DNA of 63,832 nt, filler included, from Octopus bimaculoides (taxonomy: Eukaryota): the NCBI RefSeq assembly GCF_001194135.2. It is 9 parts of 6 records of this genome, joined end to end, with 100 filler letters (N's around TTAATTAATTAA, not from the genome) between each part and the next. Parts side by side here need not be neighbours in the genome. Positions count along the whole stretch, not along the records: positions 25,435 to 50,820 come from NC_068981.1; positions 50,921 to 57,401 come from NC_068982.1; 7 more parts are not named here. One strand, 5' to 3'. The translations under genes were made by a program, and so were the position numbers. Positions 40,565 to 52,709 of this stretch are shown in pieces. Numbering within the stretch: the stretch's first letter is position 1; each line of letters starts with the position of its first letter. A model generated the notes under the pieces. The model was not told where the DNA came from. It saw only the letters and a list, made by a program, of their open reading frames with translations, and made no database searches.

Positions 40565-42389
40565 GGAGGAGGAGGAGGAGGAAAGGAAGAGGAGGAAAGG
40601 AGGAGGAGGATGACATCAGTGGAAGCAGCAATGATGATGATGAAAATGATGGGGGAGTGAAAATAGGGGGGAAGGATCAGTGTTAAAATATTTTNNNNNN
40701 NNNNGGAGGAAAGGAGGAGGAGGAGGAAAGGAGGAAAGGAGGAAAGGAGGAAAGGAGGAAAGGAGGAGGAGGATGACATCAGTGGAAGCAGCAATGATGA
40801 TGATGAAAATGATGGGGGAGTGAAAATAGGGGGGAAGGATCAGTGTTAAAATATTTTTATTTCAAGGAAGAAGGTGATGCTGATGATTGTCATCCATGAC
40901 TTTCAGTCTTTCTGGACATCTTACAAAGCAAAACACTAAATATTATATTCATACTTTTCAGCTCTCTCTCTCTCATGAAGGTTTATTGCATTAGCATTGA
41001 TCAGCACAAGGTTACAGATCTTTAGTGGAGGGGAAGGAGGAGAAGGAAACTGGTTGTGTGAGGAAGTAGGAGGGGTGCACAGTCAATTGAATCAAACAGT
41101 ACTTGACATAAACAATAACACTGGTATAATGGGTGAAGACCTGGTTGTTAAAAGTAATCACTGTAGTTTATAAATTCATAAACTTTCAGCCATATGTGAA
41201 ATGTCTAAACATGGCCTATATTGGAGAAAAAAAAACAAAAACAAAACAAAAAACAAGAAAACACATATGCCATCCCCCAACCAATCTTTAGTTAATAATC
41301 ACCTCTCTTCACACTTTCAAAGAAGGTCATTCTCTTCACTCTCTGTCACAACACAAGATTAAATGGACAATATCTTATCAATAATGGAAGTGTTGTCATT
41401 CAAAAGGCCAAAAATATAAACAGTCATAAATTGTGGAAGTAATCCTTGTGGTGGTGGTGGTGTGGTGGCAGTTGATCTTTGATGGAACCAAAGAAACAAG
41501 GTTTGTATTTGTATTGGCTTTTTCAAATTGCTGATATTATCTGTCAGTCACAACTGCAACTTTTAAAAGAAGTGTGTCACTGATTTTCAGAGTTGTGGTA
41601 GGATGTGAACTTTGTATGTACAGAATCAGAAGAGCTACTGCAAGGCATCCTGTCCAATGCTCAATCTATTTTGCCAACCCACCAACTTGGATTGGCACTT
41701 TGCCTTTTCATTCTTTCAGGGATAAAAAAAAAAACAAAAACAAAGTTGACCTTAGTTGTATTTGAACTCAGTATGCACAAAGTCAAGGCAACCTCTCCAA
41801 AGCTCTAACAATTCCACCAATGCACCAGCTTGGACTGGTACGTTTTTTTCTATTGACCTCCTCCAACCAAAAGATATGAAATGCAAAGTTGACCTTGGCA
41901 GGATTTGAACTCAGAGCTCATAGAGTCAGAACAAATACCTGCCAATTTATCACTTAAAATTTCCTGACAAAATGCAAGCAACACTTGGGACTCTATTGAC
42001 AGTTGTCATCATGCATAACTTCTAATATTAACTACAACAGTGTTTCTCAAGGTGTAGATGGGTGAAGATTGAAATGAAGGCAGAGAAATTACCATGTTTA
42101 GTAAAATTAAGATAGCTTTAAACTGTTTGTCCAACACCATGGTGAAGAAAGAAGAATTATAAGTGGGGAAGCAAACTTCATTTTGTCTTCTCATTAGTAA
42201 AGAGCAGAAAGTTAAAAAGTTTCACTAATATGCTTTTGGGGGCTGGGGCTAGGGGTTAGTATTTGTCAGTTTGAGAACTCCTGAACTATGAACCAATGAG
42301 AGAACCTCTATATAGTAGCTCAACTTACTGCTTATAAAAAACACCAAAAATGTCTAGCACATGTCATACAGGCCTAGTTGTGGCCAGAT

Positions 42390-42790
42390 ATTTTGATTCC
42401 AAGACAAGGCAATTAATCCTGTTGGAGAACCCAGGGAGAAGAGGATGAAGGAGGCACAAGAGAAGAAGAGAGCTCAGTGGCAGGAGTTGGTGGAGGACTA
42501 GAATGGGCAGAGAACAAGGTGTCTGCCTGTGGAGGTTGGCAGTTGAGGTACACAAGTCATATCCTGAGTAAGGAGTCATCAAGAACAATATAGAGGCTGC
42601 TGAAAAAGCATCTAAATGGTTCTGGCTAAAAACAGGTGACCAAGGGAGTCAGTAGAATGCTGCTTAGACACCAGTTTAGGTTTGTTCAACCTAGATTGGG
42701 CCACCTGGATAAAGGTATATATTACAAGACTCAAGACACTCAGTGATCCTAGTATACAACACTAATGATGTATCCAAGTATAGCATCTAT
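42390..42790 (+). mobile_element. HERO-like RLE non-LTR retrotransposon, 3' remnant
   Basis: Frameshifted SKTRQLILLE / PREKRMKEAQEKKRAQWQELVED*NGQRTRCLPVEVGS*G / IKNNIEAAEKASKWFWLKTG, then 3' UTR GGGCCACCTGGAT..CACTAATGATGTATCCAAG. Confidence 0.8.
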
Positions 42791-44183
42791 ATGTGTAGCA
42801 AAGAGCTACAAAATGTCTAAGACAAGATTTGAAACCAAATCCACAATTTCATACCAAGTCCTTGGCCTATTGTTCCTGCCTTTGCACTAAGAGATTTATG
42901 AGCATTGTTACAGATGTATGCTGAACTAGTCTGGAAGTAGATCATCTTTCTTTTATATCTGCTTTCCATGTTGGTATGGGTAGGACAGGTTGTTATTGCT
43001 TTCTTAGAAGGATCTAGCTTGGAGCACCATATCTTGATCATAAATTTCCTTTCCAGCTTTGTGAAAAAAAAAAAAAAAATCTTAAAAGATTAAAAAAAAA
43101 AAAAAGTAGAATAGCCATTGGTAGAATATCTTTGTTTATAAGTCTACTTAATCAGGATCAACCTGAGGCTAAACTACATACCAACTTATATAAACTTCCC
43201 AGTTATTCATTATATAAACATAAATATTTCTAGCTCATAGCTAGCATTTGATATTTTTATCCATACATAAATTTTAGATAAATCTTTGCTAATGTGCCTA
43301 AAACACTCACAGCATTGAAGTATAATATGAACTTATATATTTAAAAAAAATTAACAACAATTATAAAAAAAAACATTAAAAAACATTTCACACATTAATT
43401 AACCTAAGAAATAGTTCTCTCTTGAACTCCCCCTCTTTCTCTCTCTCTATATACATAATATTTGTACATACATAGATACATATATGTATGCATGTGTGTG
43501 TATACACATATCACCATCGTCATTTAACATCCGTTTTCCATGCTGACATGGGTTGGACAGTTTGACAGGAGCTGGCCGGCCAGCGAGCTGCAGCAGGCTC
43601 TAGTTTTGGCACGGTTTCTATGATTGGATGCTCTTCCTAACACCAACCACTTTACAGAGTGTACTGGTGCTTTTTCATGACATCAGCACCACAGAGGCTG
43701 CTAGATAACTTGCAAGACAACAAGCCCCTTCAACTAAGTGAGTAGTGAGAGATGCAGCTTTATTCAACTAAGTAGTGAGAGATGTAGCTTTATTCCAGGT
43801 GTTGAGAGGCTATAAAGAAGATACTATCCCCATATCATAAAGGACAGAAGTAACTAGGAAGAAGACAATGGAAATGGTGATGATGAGGTGCTAGAGCATA
43901 CTCTCAAGATACAAAAAAGTGAATATATGAGAATATACTTAAAGATGTGTGTAGAGGTGAATGTAGTGGATGGAATCAAAGGTAGAAGTGTTGTCAATGG
44001 CAAATATCAGTATAGGGGTAGAATGTGAAAGAAACAGGAGTTGCCGAGGAAGAGGAAAATGATTAATGGCAATACAAGGAAGTTGGAGGGGCACCAACTA
44101 TAATAAACTTGTAGACAGATCAGAGATATGTGGGATAGAAGAATGATGGTGGTGGTGAGGAAATCATACACCACATACACATA

Positions 44184-44400
44184 CAAGGGGTTGTTGAAAA
44201 GTTCCTAGTTTTGGGTACAAGAAATTACAGGAGGATCAGTTAATTATGATTTTATTCAACATATCCCCCGCTCAGATTCTCACACTTATTGCAGTGGTCC
44301 GTCAGTTTTGCTAAGCCCTGTAAAAGAACTTGGAAGGTTGGGCCTCCAACCAGGCCTTTCATGACACCTTTAAAGTCAAGAACTTTTCAGCACCCCCTCA
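44184..44400. mobile_element. Tc1/mariner-type MITE
   Basis: TIRs CAAGGGGTTGTTGAAAAGTTCC / GAACTTTTCAGCACCCCCTCA; TA on both sides (44182-3, 44401-2). Confidence 0.85.
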
Positions 44401-44728
44401 TACTATCTCTTTGTTTTACAATAGTTATTCCAATAGAAAGTTTGATTCATATTTGACTGCTGAATTGTTTGAGCAAGAATTGTTATAGCTCTATATATTC
44501 TTCTCCTTTGCTACCTACACAATGAAGAAATGTAGGTGATAACATTTTTTTGCAGTTAGAATAATGTCTTGCCTGAAATAAAAATATATAGTGAATGTAG
44601 TAAAATTTGTGCTAATTACCATTTGATTAATAGTTCATTGTTATTTCACTGTTAGTTCACAGTTATTTCTAGCTTCGCATCAACTTTGACTTTTACCAGT
44701 CAATGAGAGAGAGAGAGAGAGAGAGAGC

Positions 44729-44950
44729 TTAACCCGTTTGTTCCCATATTTATGTTGAAATACACTGCTGTTGTTTCAATTAATTTTGAAAATAATGAAG
44801 AATTTAGGAAAAAAAAATGTTTGTTGTTACTAAGCTGGTGTTTGGAATATGACAGGATCAAACATTTTAATTTAGATCACTTTTAAACATGAAGTTTAAA
44901 GTATTCTGACTAGGGGACAGTCTCAAGTGGGTTAGTATCAAAAGGGTTAA
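44729..44950. mobile_element. piggyBac-type MITE
   Basis: TTAA-CCCGTTTG at the left end and CAAAAGGG-TTAA at the right end. Confidence 0.6.
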
Positions 44951-45052
44951 ACATGGGATCTGTCCAGTTAGAAATAACAGCCAAATCTGTTTCACAACAT
45001 TACCATAGTGTATCTAAAACACTTTTTTCTTTACTTGCAGTACACTTTAGAG

Positions 45053-45580
45053 CAGGGGTGAGGAAACTTTTTAGTGTGGTGGGCAAAAATTTCCAAAGAG
45101 AAAAGGTCCACATGTGGGTCACAAGTTCTAACTCTTATATTTGTGTACGTCTTGTATATATCTATGTATAATTCGATATACATTAATAAAGGTAAGTTTA
45201 ACACATTAAATTAATGTGTAACATCTTCATTAATGCCACCACTGAATTTAGGATGTTTATATTACTTATGAGGTATTCTATATTTTTCAACTAGAGTTTA
45301 GATGGGTCTCAAGCAGGAGGTACAAACATAACAATATGTGCTTTATAGTGATAACAAAATTTCCATTCAAATGACAATTACTGGATGATTTCTGTTCAAG
45401 CTTGACTATTTTAAATGACAGTGGAAATGCGACCTATGTCTCAAATAGGCATACGAATATTGTATAAATTTTATAATTGAAAAATTTACTATATTTTGTA
45501 CATACATGTATATCAGCCAGTGCAATAAAATGGGCTCACGGGCGCAAGTGTGCCCGCAGGCGGGGATTGCCCCACCCCTA
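45053..45580. mobile_element. hAT (Charlie-type) non-autonomous element
   Basis: TIRs CAGGGGTGAGGAAA / TTGCCCCACCCCTA; perfect 8-bp TSD CTTTAGAG (45045-52, 45581-88). Confidence 0.92.
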
Positions 45581-46830
45581 CTTTAGAGTAATGTTTCTCA
45601 AATTGAGGGGAGATTTGCATGCAAAGACATATGTCAGTTTTCGACAAAAAAATCTTGCATATGGGCCTGTGCATAAAGATGTAGATAAATGTTTGAGTTG
45701 ACCTGATGGGAGCCCTAAAGTCCTAGGTACACTATACCTGGAAATAAGGGGTAAAAAGAAAAAGACTATGGTCACTGCTGAAAGACCCCAATGATCCTCC
45801 ACCATCTTCTCTCTCCTCTCACTTTCCCAACTGGGGTGGCCATATGTCTCCTTGATATCAAGACATTTGTGTTTGTCCCTCTATCATAATTTAGTTTCCC
45901 AACAATCTGGCATAAAGCCACATTCTCTCTCTCCCAATATCACACACTTCCTTAGTTGAGGTGGCATGATAAAAATACCCACAACACACTGTAGAGTGGT
46001 TGGCATTAGGAAGGGCATCAACCATAGAAACCATGCCAAAGTTGACTTTAGAGTTTGTTGAAGTCCTGTAGCTCATTAGATTCTGTCAGACCAGCCAACC
46101 CATTTCTGTGTAGGAAACAGAAGTGAAATGAAGGTGATGATTCTATTCAATGCTCTATTCACTCAGACCAATTCACTGCATTATTCAGTATTTGGATGTT
46201 TACTAAATAATCAATCAAAATTAGTAATCAGCTGGGGAGGCAATGAAGGAGATTCTATGTGGTCATTCAACATGCTAGAAATATCAGCCAAATCTCCTTC
46301 AAATGATATTTGACTGTTGTAATAAACAAGAGAGATATTGAATAATGTAACCTTAGATACACAGTGTCTGATTAAAAAGACAGGTAGAAGATCAATACAA
46401 CTGGAATATCACTGATCATAGATCTGCATTATTGGAGCTGACCCAAGGCTAGACAGCAATATCAAGCATGTAAGTAACCTTACCGAGGAGAATGGCTGTG
46501 GTTAGGTCTGCTTCACATCTTCAATGCTCATATTAGAAATATGATGATGATGATGATTATGATGAAAGTACTGATGATGGTGATGATGACATATGCTTTG
46601 TGTCCTAGTCAAGATTAACTAATATAAATAACAAAAATGTTGGCAGATAGAAATTGTATGAAAGCCTGTTGTATATAATATATAGTGGTTTGCGTTAGGA
46701 AGGGCATCCAGCCATAGAAACCATATTAAAACAGACATTGGGGTACAATGCAACCCTTGACTCATTGGATCTTTGTCGAACTGTCCAACCTATGCCAGCA
46801 TGGAACATGGATGTTAAATAATGATGATTG

Positions 46831-46870
<40 letters not shown>

Positions 46871-46875
46871 TATAC

Positions 46876-47295
46876 ATGTTGTTATATTTGGGGTCATATT
46901 GCCAGCCAGTTTAGCCAATAAAAACACATGCACTGTATATTTGGTGTTAATTTGCTTCAGCTTTATATTACATTACATTAATCCTATTTCGGCCAGAGTT
47001 CTTTTGTCACACTTCTGTGACCTCATCAGTGGTCCTTTGCTTTCTTCTTTCTTATGTGTGTCCCACCTAGCTAACTATCAGCCATTTTGTATTTTGTATT
47101 CCTATTGTATGTGTCTACGCATGCGTATCCCTCTTTGTGTGTCCATGTTTTGTAAGTGCATGTGTGTGTATGGCCGAAATAGGATTAACGTAATGTAATG
47201 TAATATAAAGCTGAAGCAAATTAACACTAAATATACAGTGCGTGTGTTTTTATTGGCTAAACTGGCAATATGACCATCCCCAAATACAACAACAT
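46876..47295. mobile_element. Fold-back element with about 120-bp inverted arms and an internal hammerhead motif (probably Penelope-derived)
   Basis: Arms 46876-46995 and 47171-47295; hammerhead on the minus strand at 46991-47035. Confidence 0.8.
46991..47035 (-). ncRNA. Type I hammerhead ribozyme motif, probably inactivated (GAAA>AAAA at a CpG)
   Basis: ggacca-CUGAUGA-G-GUCACA(gaag)UGUGAC-AAAA-gaac-UC-uggcc; stem I 5 bp with one bulge. Confidence 0.65.
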
Positions 47296-47333
47296 CTGTT
47301 TCAACACACAATTTCACATAAAAAATCTTGCAA

Positions 47334-47375
<42 letters not shown>

Positions 47376-47691
47376 ACAGATTATGTGACATATGAGTGTT
47401 CAGTGAGAAGACAGAAAAAGAAAATCCAACCTAACAGATAATCAGCAACACACTCACATTACTACTATTACCATTCACCAGTGTTTACAATTCATTCACT
47501 TCATCTGGTGACTCCACATGTGAGTTCTCAAACCACGAAAAACAATATGGATTTGAACATGAGCATGACTGATTAATCCAGTACATGATTTAGCTGAGAA
47601 AGCATAATGTGGACAATGGTGATTTGCAGGAAGACTGTTTTCTGTTTGTTTTTTTTTTCATGCTTTCCTGTAACTGCTCTTGATGTTTTAC

Positions 47692-47775
47692 CCTTTGAGT
47701 TTTGAAATTTTGAAGTTAGAAAAAGCACTCTCTCCTCCAGCATGGTTTCTCACAAGATTTTCAAAGTTTTCTTGC
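47692..47775 (-). CDS. Weak candidate exon
   Basis: TTAG acceptor, GTAAAA donor; only open frame QENFENLVRNHAGGESAFSNFKISKLK. Confidence 0.2.
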
Positions 47776-47945
47776 CTAAGACTCAGATATTTCAGTAGAA
47801 GTGGCTGGCCTACATTAAGTCATGAATTTACAAGTTAACCATAAAATATTTGCTTTGTCATTCGACCACTATTTGTGCAAAAGATGTGTGTGTGTGTGTG
47901 TGTTGGTTTTGTCCATCCCATGCCAGCAGGGACAATGGGCGTTAA

Positions 47946-47983
<38 letters not shown>

Positions 47984-48545
47984 ATATATATATATATATA
48001 TATGTATTCAATGATAATGGCACGAAACCATGATGATATTTTGGCTCATTGGCTGACGAGGAAAACTCAGCTGTGAATATTCCGTGCACCATGTCTTTGT
48101 CTATATTCCCCGTCCATTAAGTTTTTGTCTAGTCTCCTGTTTACTCTGCTTTCATCTAACTTTTTCTCTTTGTTGTTTTCTTTCTGTTCAACCCTTGATA
48201 TATATGTGTGTGTGTGTGTGTGTGTTTGTCCCCCATTACTGCTTGACAACTGGTGTTGATTTGTTTACAGCTCTGTAACTTAGCACTTCGGCAAAAGAGA
48301 CTGAATAAATAAATACCAAACTTAAAAAGAAAATAAGTACTGGGGTCAAGTTGTTTGACTAAACCCTTCAAGATGGCTTGCTAGCATAGCTGCAGTCCAG
48401 TGACTGAAATGAGTAAAAGATAAAAAAGATAGAAAAGACAAAAGATACACACACACACACAATCTACATTAGATTCTATTTTTGAGTAACATATTTACGT
48501 CCCAAATTTTTGCTTGATGAAAGAAGTAAATAAATAAATAAATAA

Positions 48546-48582
<37 letters not shown>

Positions 48583-49173
48583 NNNNNNNNNNNNNNNNNN
48601 NNNNNNNNNNNNNNNNNNNNNNNNNNNNNNNNNNNNNNNNNNNNNNNNNNNNNNNNNNNNNNNNNNNNNNNNNNNNNNNNNNNNNNNNNNNNNNNNNNNN
48701 NNNNNNNNNNNNNNNNNNNNNNNNNNNNNNNNNNNNNNNNNNNNNNNNNNNNNNNNNNNNNNNNNNNNNNNNNNNNNNNNNNNNNNNNNNNNNNNNNNNN
48801 NNNNNNNNNNNNNNNNNNNNNNNNNNNNNNNNNNNNNNNNNNNNNNNNNNNNNNNNNNNNNNNNNNNNNNNNNNNNNNNNNNNNNNNNNNNNNNNNNNNN
48901 NNNNNNNNNNNNNNNNNNNNNNNNNNNNNNNNNNNNNNNNNNNNNNNNNNNNNNNNNNNNNNNNNNNNNNNNNNNNNNNNNNNNNNNNNNNNNNNNNNNN
49001 NNNNNNNNNNNNNNNNNNNNNNNNNNNNNNNNNNNNNNNNNNNNNNNNNNNNNNNNNNNNNNNNNNNNNNNNNNNNNNNNNNNNNNNNNNNNNNNNNNNN
49101 NNNNNNNNNNNNNNNNNNNNNNNNNNNNNNNNNNNNNNNNNNNNNNNNNNNNAGTAAATAAATAAATAAATAA

Positions 49174-49204
<31 letters not shown>

Positions 49205-49205
<1 letters not shown>

Positions 49206-49775
49206 GGTCACCCCACAGTGTAAAATTAACAGCGGACCTTGAAGCAATCCAGTGAAGCTTCATAATGATCGTCACATTGTAACAACTCAGCTACTGGAAT
49301 AGGCTGAAAGAGTAAGACTTTATTCACTGGAGCAAAGGCAGGAGAGATATGCAGTAATATACATCTGGAAGATCCTGGAAGGGATTGTACCAAATTTTAG
49401 GCATTGAAAGCTACACAAATTCCAGAACAGGTTACCACAGCACAGTGCCAAAGTCCCAGCAATGCCATTGAGCTTCAGGACCAGTTACTGCAACAGCCTG
49501 GGTTTCAGGGACCCACAGCTTTTTGATATTCTCCCAAAGAGCCTGAGGGACCTACACAAAGTGGATGTAGGTCTTTTCAATTCAAAACTGAATCGCTTCT
49601 TGTTGAGAGTCCCAGATATACCTATCTCATGGCAAGAGGTGCAAATGAGGGTACTGACATCAAACTCCCTTATTCACCAAATGCCACGTATTAGAGGAGG
49701 CTCTCAATAATAACAGTGTAGCAAAACAGCAGTGCTCCAGCATGGCCCCAGCATTGAGCTGAAACTGACAAAAAA
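49205..49775 (+). mobile_element. CR1-group LINE 3' remnant (RT C-terminus + 3' UTR)
   Basis: WSPHSVKLTADLEAIQ*SF..LSYWNRLKE / RLYSLEQRQERYAVIYIWKILEGIVPNF / SYCNSLGFRDPQLFDILPKSLRDL..KLNRFLLRVPDIP; stop at 49710. Confidence 0.88.
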
Positions 49776-50820
49776 TAAAATTATATATATATATATATAT
49801 ATACACACACATATTTATATACAATAAATACATTTGGATAACAAATCTACATTTGGACCTATTTGTCAAATATCAGATATTGCAATTGTTCTTTGTTAGA
49901 ATTGGAAGCATTTCTTGCATCTTCCAAGTAATTTCAGAAAGAGACTTGAGATCTCATCTTCTAACCTGTTTCCATGGTTATTTGATTGATGTCATTATTA
50001 CATCAATAAAATAAGATTGACATATATATTTTATTTTACTTCATTTTTTAAAATTATTTTCTTGCCACAGTTTCAGTCTATTATTCATATTAAAATCATG
50101 GAATATGTTACAATACAAGTATGGAAAAATGGAGGCTGAAACAATGATATATATCTTTTTCTCTTATATTTCTTTCAGTCATTAGACTGTGGCCATGCTG
50201 AGGCACTGAGTTGAAGACTTTTTAGTCCAATGAATCGACCCTGTATTTATCTTTTTTAAGCAGGTACTTATTCTATCAGTCTCTTTTGCTGACCCACTAA
50301 GTTATGGGGACATAAACACACCAACACTGGTTGTGAAGCAGTAGTGGGGGACAAACACATACACATGTGTATGCGCATACGTGAAGGCACATGGCTCAGT
50401 AGTTAGTGCGTCGGGCTCACAATCATGAAGTAGTGAGTTCAGTTCCCAGATCAGGCTGTGTGATGTGTTCTTGAGCAAGACACTTTATTTCATATTGCTT
50501 CAGTTCAATCAGCTGTAGAAATGAGTTGCAGCATCACTGGTGCCAAGCTGTACTGGTCACTGCCTTTCCCAAGCTGTACTGGTCACTGCCTTTCCCTTTA
50601 CTTGTTTCAGTCATTTGACTGCGTCCCTGCTGGAGCACCACCTTTAGTCGAACAAATCAACCCCAGGACTTATTCTTTGTAAGCTTGGTACATATTCTAT
50701 CGGTCTCTTTTGCCAAATCACAAAGTGATGGGGACGTAAACATACCAACATTGTCAAGTAATAATGGGGTGGGGGCAAACACAAACACAAATAACAAACA
50801 CACACACACATACATATATA

Positions 50821-50920
50821 NNNNNNNNNNNNNNNNNNNNNNNNNNNNNNNNNNNNNNNNNNNNTTAATTAATTAANNNNNNNNNNNNNNNNNNNNNNNN
50901 NNNNNNNNNNNNNNNNNNNN
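50821..50920. other. Artificial scaffold linker
   Basis: Same structure. Confidence 0.97.
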
Positions 50921-52165
50921 CACCCACACACATGTATATATCCATGTATGTGCCTTTGTGTCTGTCTTCCCATCACCACTTGACAGTCAGTGTTGGTGTG
51001 TTTACGTTCCCGTAGCGTAGCGGTTCGGCAAAGGGACCGATAGAATAAGTAACGAGCTTTAAAAATAAGTCCTGGAGTCGATTTATTCGACTAAAACCCT
51101 CCAAGGCGGTGCTCCAGCATGGCCGCAGTCAAACGACTGAAACAAGTAACAGAATAAATTCCTGTGTAAAACAACATAAAATAACCAAAAAGAAGCAATC
51201 ATTGCTTATCATCAGGTTATGTTATAATCATGCAAATATGCAGCCATTCTTCTTGTTCTTTTTAGTTTGTGAGGATTGTTAGTTGCAATTGTGTTAGAAC
51301 AATGAATTGATGCGTCATTATCTTTTTCCAAAAATATGTTATCATCATCATCGTTATTGCATGTGTGGGAGTATTTGCTTAGGTGAGAGAATGGCATAGC
51401 CAAAGGTTTGCAGTGTTATCTTGAATTATAAATTCAGAAGTCCGAGAGAATTGGTCTGTTGAAAGTGTATCATACCTCTGCTGCAAATTGAATTCCGATT
51501 TGGCAGTACGACAAAATATCAATGATGGGAATTTCAAACTAATGGATCACTTCTGATAAATATGGTAAATATTCTGATCTTTCCAGTTTTCAACGATAGG
51601 CAAAAGTTTAAATATCACGCTTTCATGATGTCATCCTTAAAGCTTTATGCCCCAACACAGCCACGGCTTTAGGGTTGAAACGTGTAAAAGAATAAAAGAA
51701 TAAAGCAAGTAGGGCTTTTTTTCATGCTATATTTTTGTGTCTTCTTTGTTTGAATTAAAACAGATTAGTTTTCTATTTCTCTCCATTGCATCCAACATTT
51801 TTTTGTAAGAAATCTTTGTAGTCATCTGCTTACAAAATCGAAAAATTCAGTATTTTTAAATTGAGTGTTACAGGTAACAGAGATTGGAATACAGAACAAG
51901 GTTAATATTGACGGAAGTCATTAAATGATTGCTTGAAAAGTAGCTTTTGTTTATTGAACACTGTCATAATGTAAATGTAGTCCCTTTCGCTCCCTTTCAG
52001 TCCTACAAATTCAAGTGATTATAAAGATATTAATGATTATATGGATTGGTCACTTGTGATCTTCAGTTAGTGAATATTCGACGTTTTAAAGATTTGTTAA
52101 ATATGCTATCAAATTTTGCATCAATACGTATAACAGAAAGCATCGAAGTTTACTAATATGTTCAG

Positions 52166-52285
52166 TTTGAAGAGCTGGACGGATGATGGTGGAAGAATCA
52201 GATGTTCCTTGAACATCAAAATTTTCCCTCGCAAGGCAACAATTATTTCAATATCAAACCCTGAATTTAAACTTGTTTCCCCCAA
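52166..52285 (+). CDS. Probable exon of a cyclic-nucleotide-binding-domain protein (CNBD1/2-like)
   Basis: TACTAAT branch-like site + TTCAG acceptor, GTACGT donor; LKSWTDDGGRIRCSLNIKIFPRKATIISISNPEFKLVSP; phase 2/2. Confidence 0.6.
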
Positions 52286-52614
52286 GTACGTCTTTTGAAG
52301 TAATTAAAACGAAGTGTTTTTAGCAATGTCCTTGCAAATCAAAGACCTCCATTACCTCAATAACTACCCTTCATTGTGCCCATTTATTGTGTCTAAACAA
52401 AATCTCCATTTCGGTGTTTGACGGGAGGATGCTGTTGATAATATTTAGTTTTCAGTATTCCTTTCAAAACATGCTATCATTTGAAAATTCAGACGTCGTT
52501 TATCAACAGCAAGACATTTTCTATGGCTATATAACTACTAAAACCAGGTTTTGACTTGACTTGAAGACGATTTCCCTTTGCAGCAACATAAAGTTTATTG
52601 TTTTGTTTTCGTAG

Positions 52615-52709
52615 CAATGCTGTCCATTACATTAATAGTGGACTCTGTTACGTGAGATACAGAAATGGCACCCTACAGCGTAAAGGTTTTTCTAGTTTTA
52701 TGAGACAAG
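52615..52709 (+). CDS. Probable next exon of the same protein
   Basis: TTTATTGTTTTGTTTTCGTAG acceptor, AAG/GTAAAG donor; NAVHYINSGLCYVRYRNGTLQRKGFSSFMRQ(G); phase-compatible with 52166-52285. Confidence 0.6.

Noticed and set aside
40602-40857. Exact 90-bp direct repeat
   Set aside because: Identical copies on either side of a 10-N gap; typical contig-overlap artefact.
41591-41808. ORFs after the TTTTCAG acceptor at 41590
   Set aside because: Sequence is the reverse complement of an old family-B SINE.
50548-50600. 27-bp tandem duplication (similar ones at 29417-29460 and 43728-43795)
   Set aside because: Ordinary slippage duplications inside repeats.
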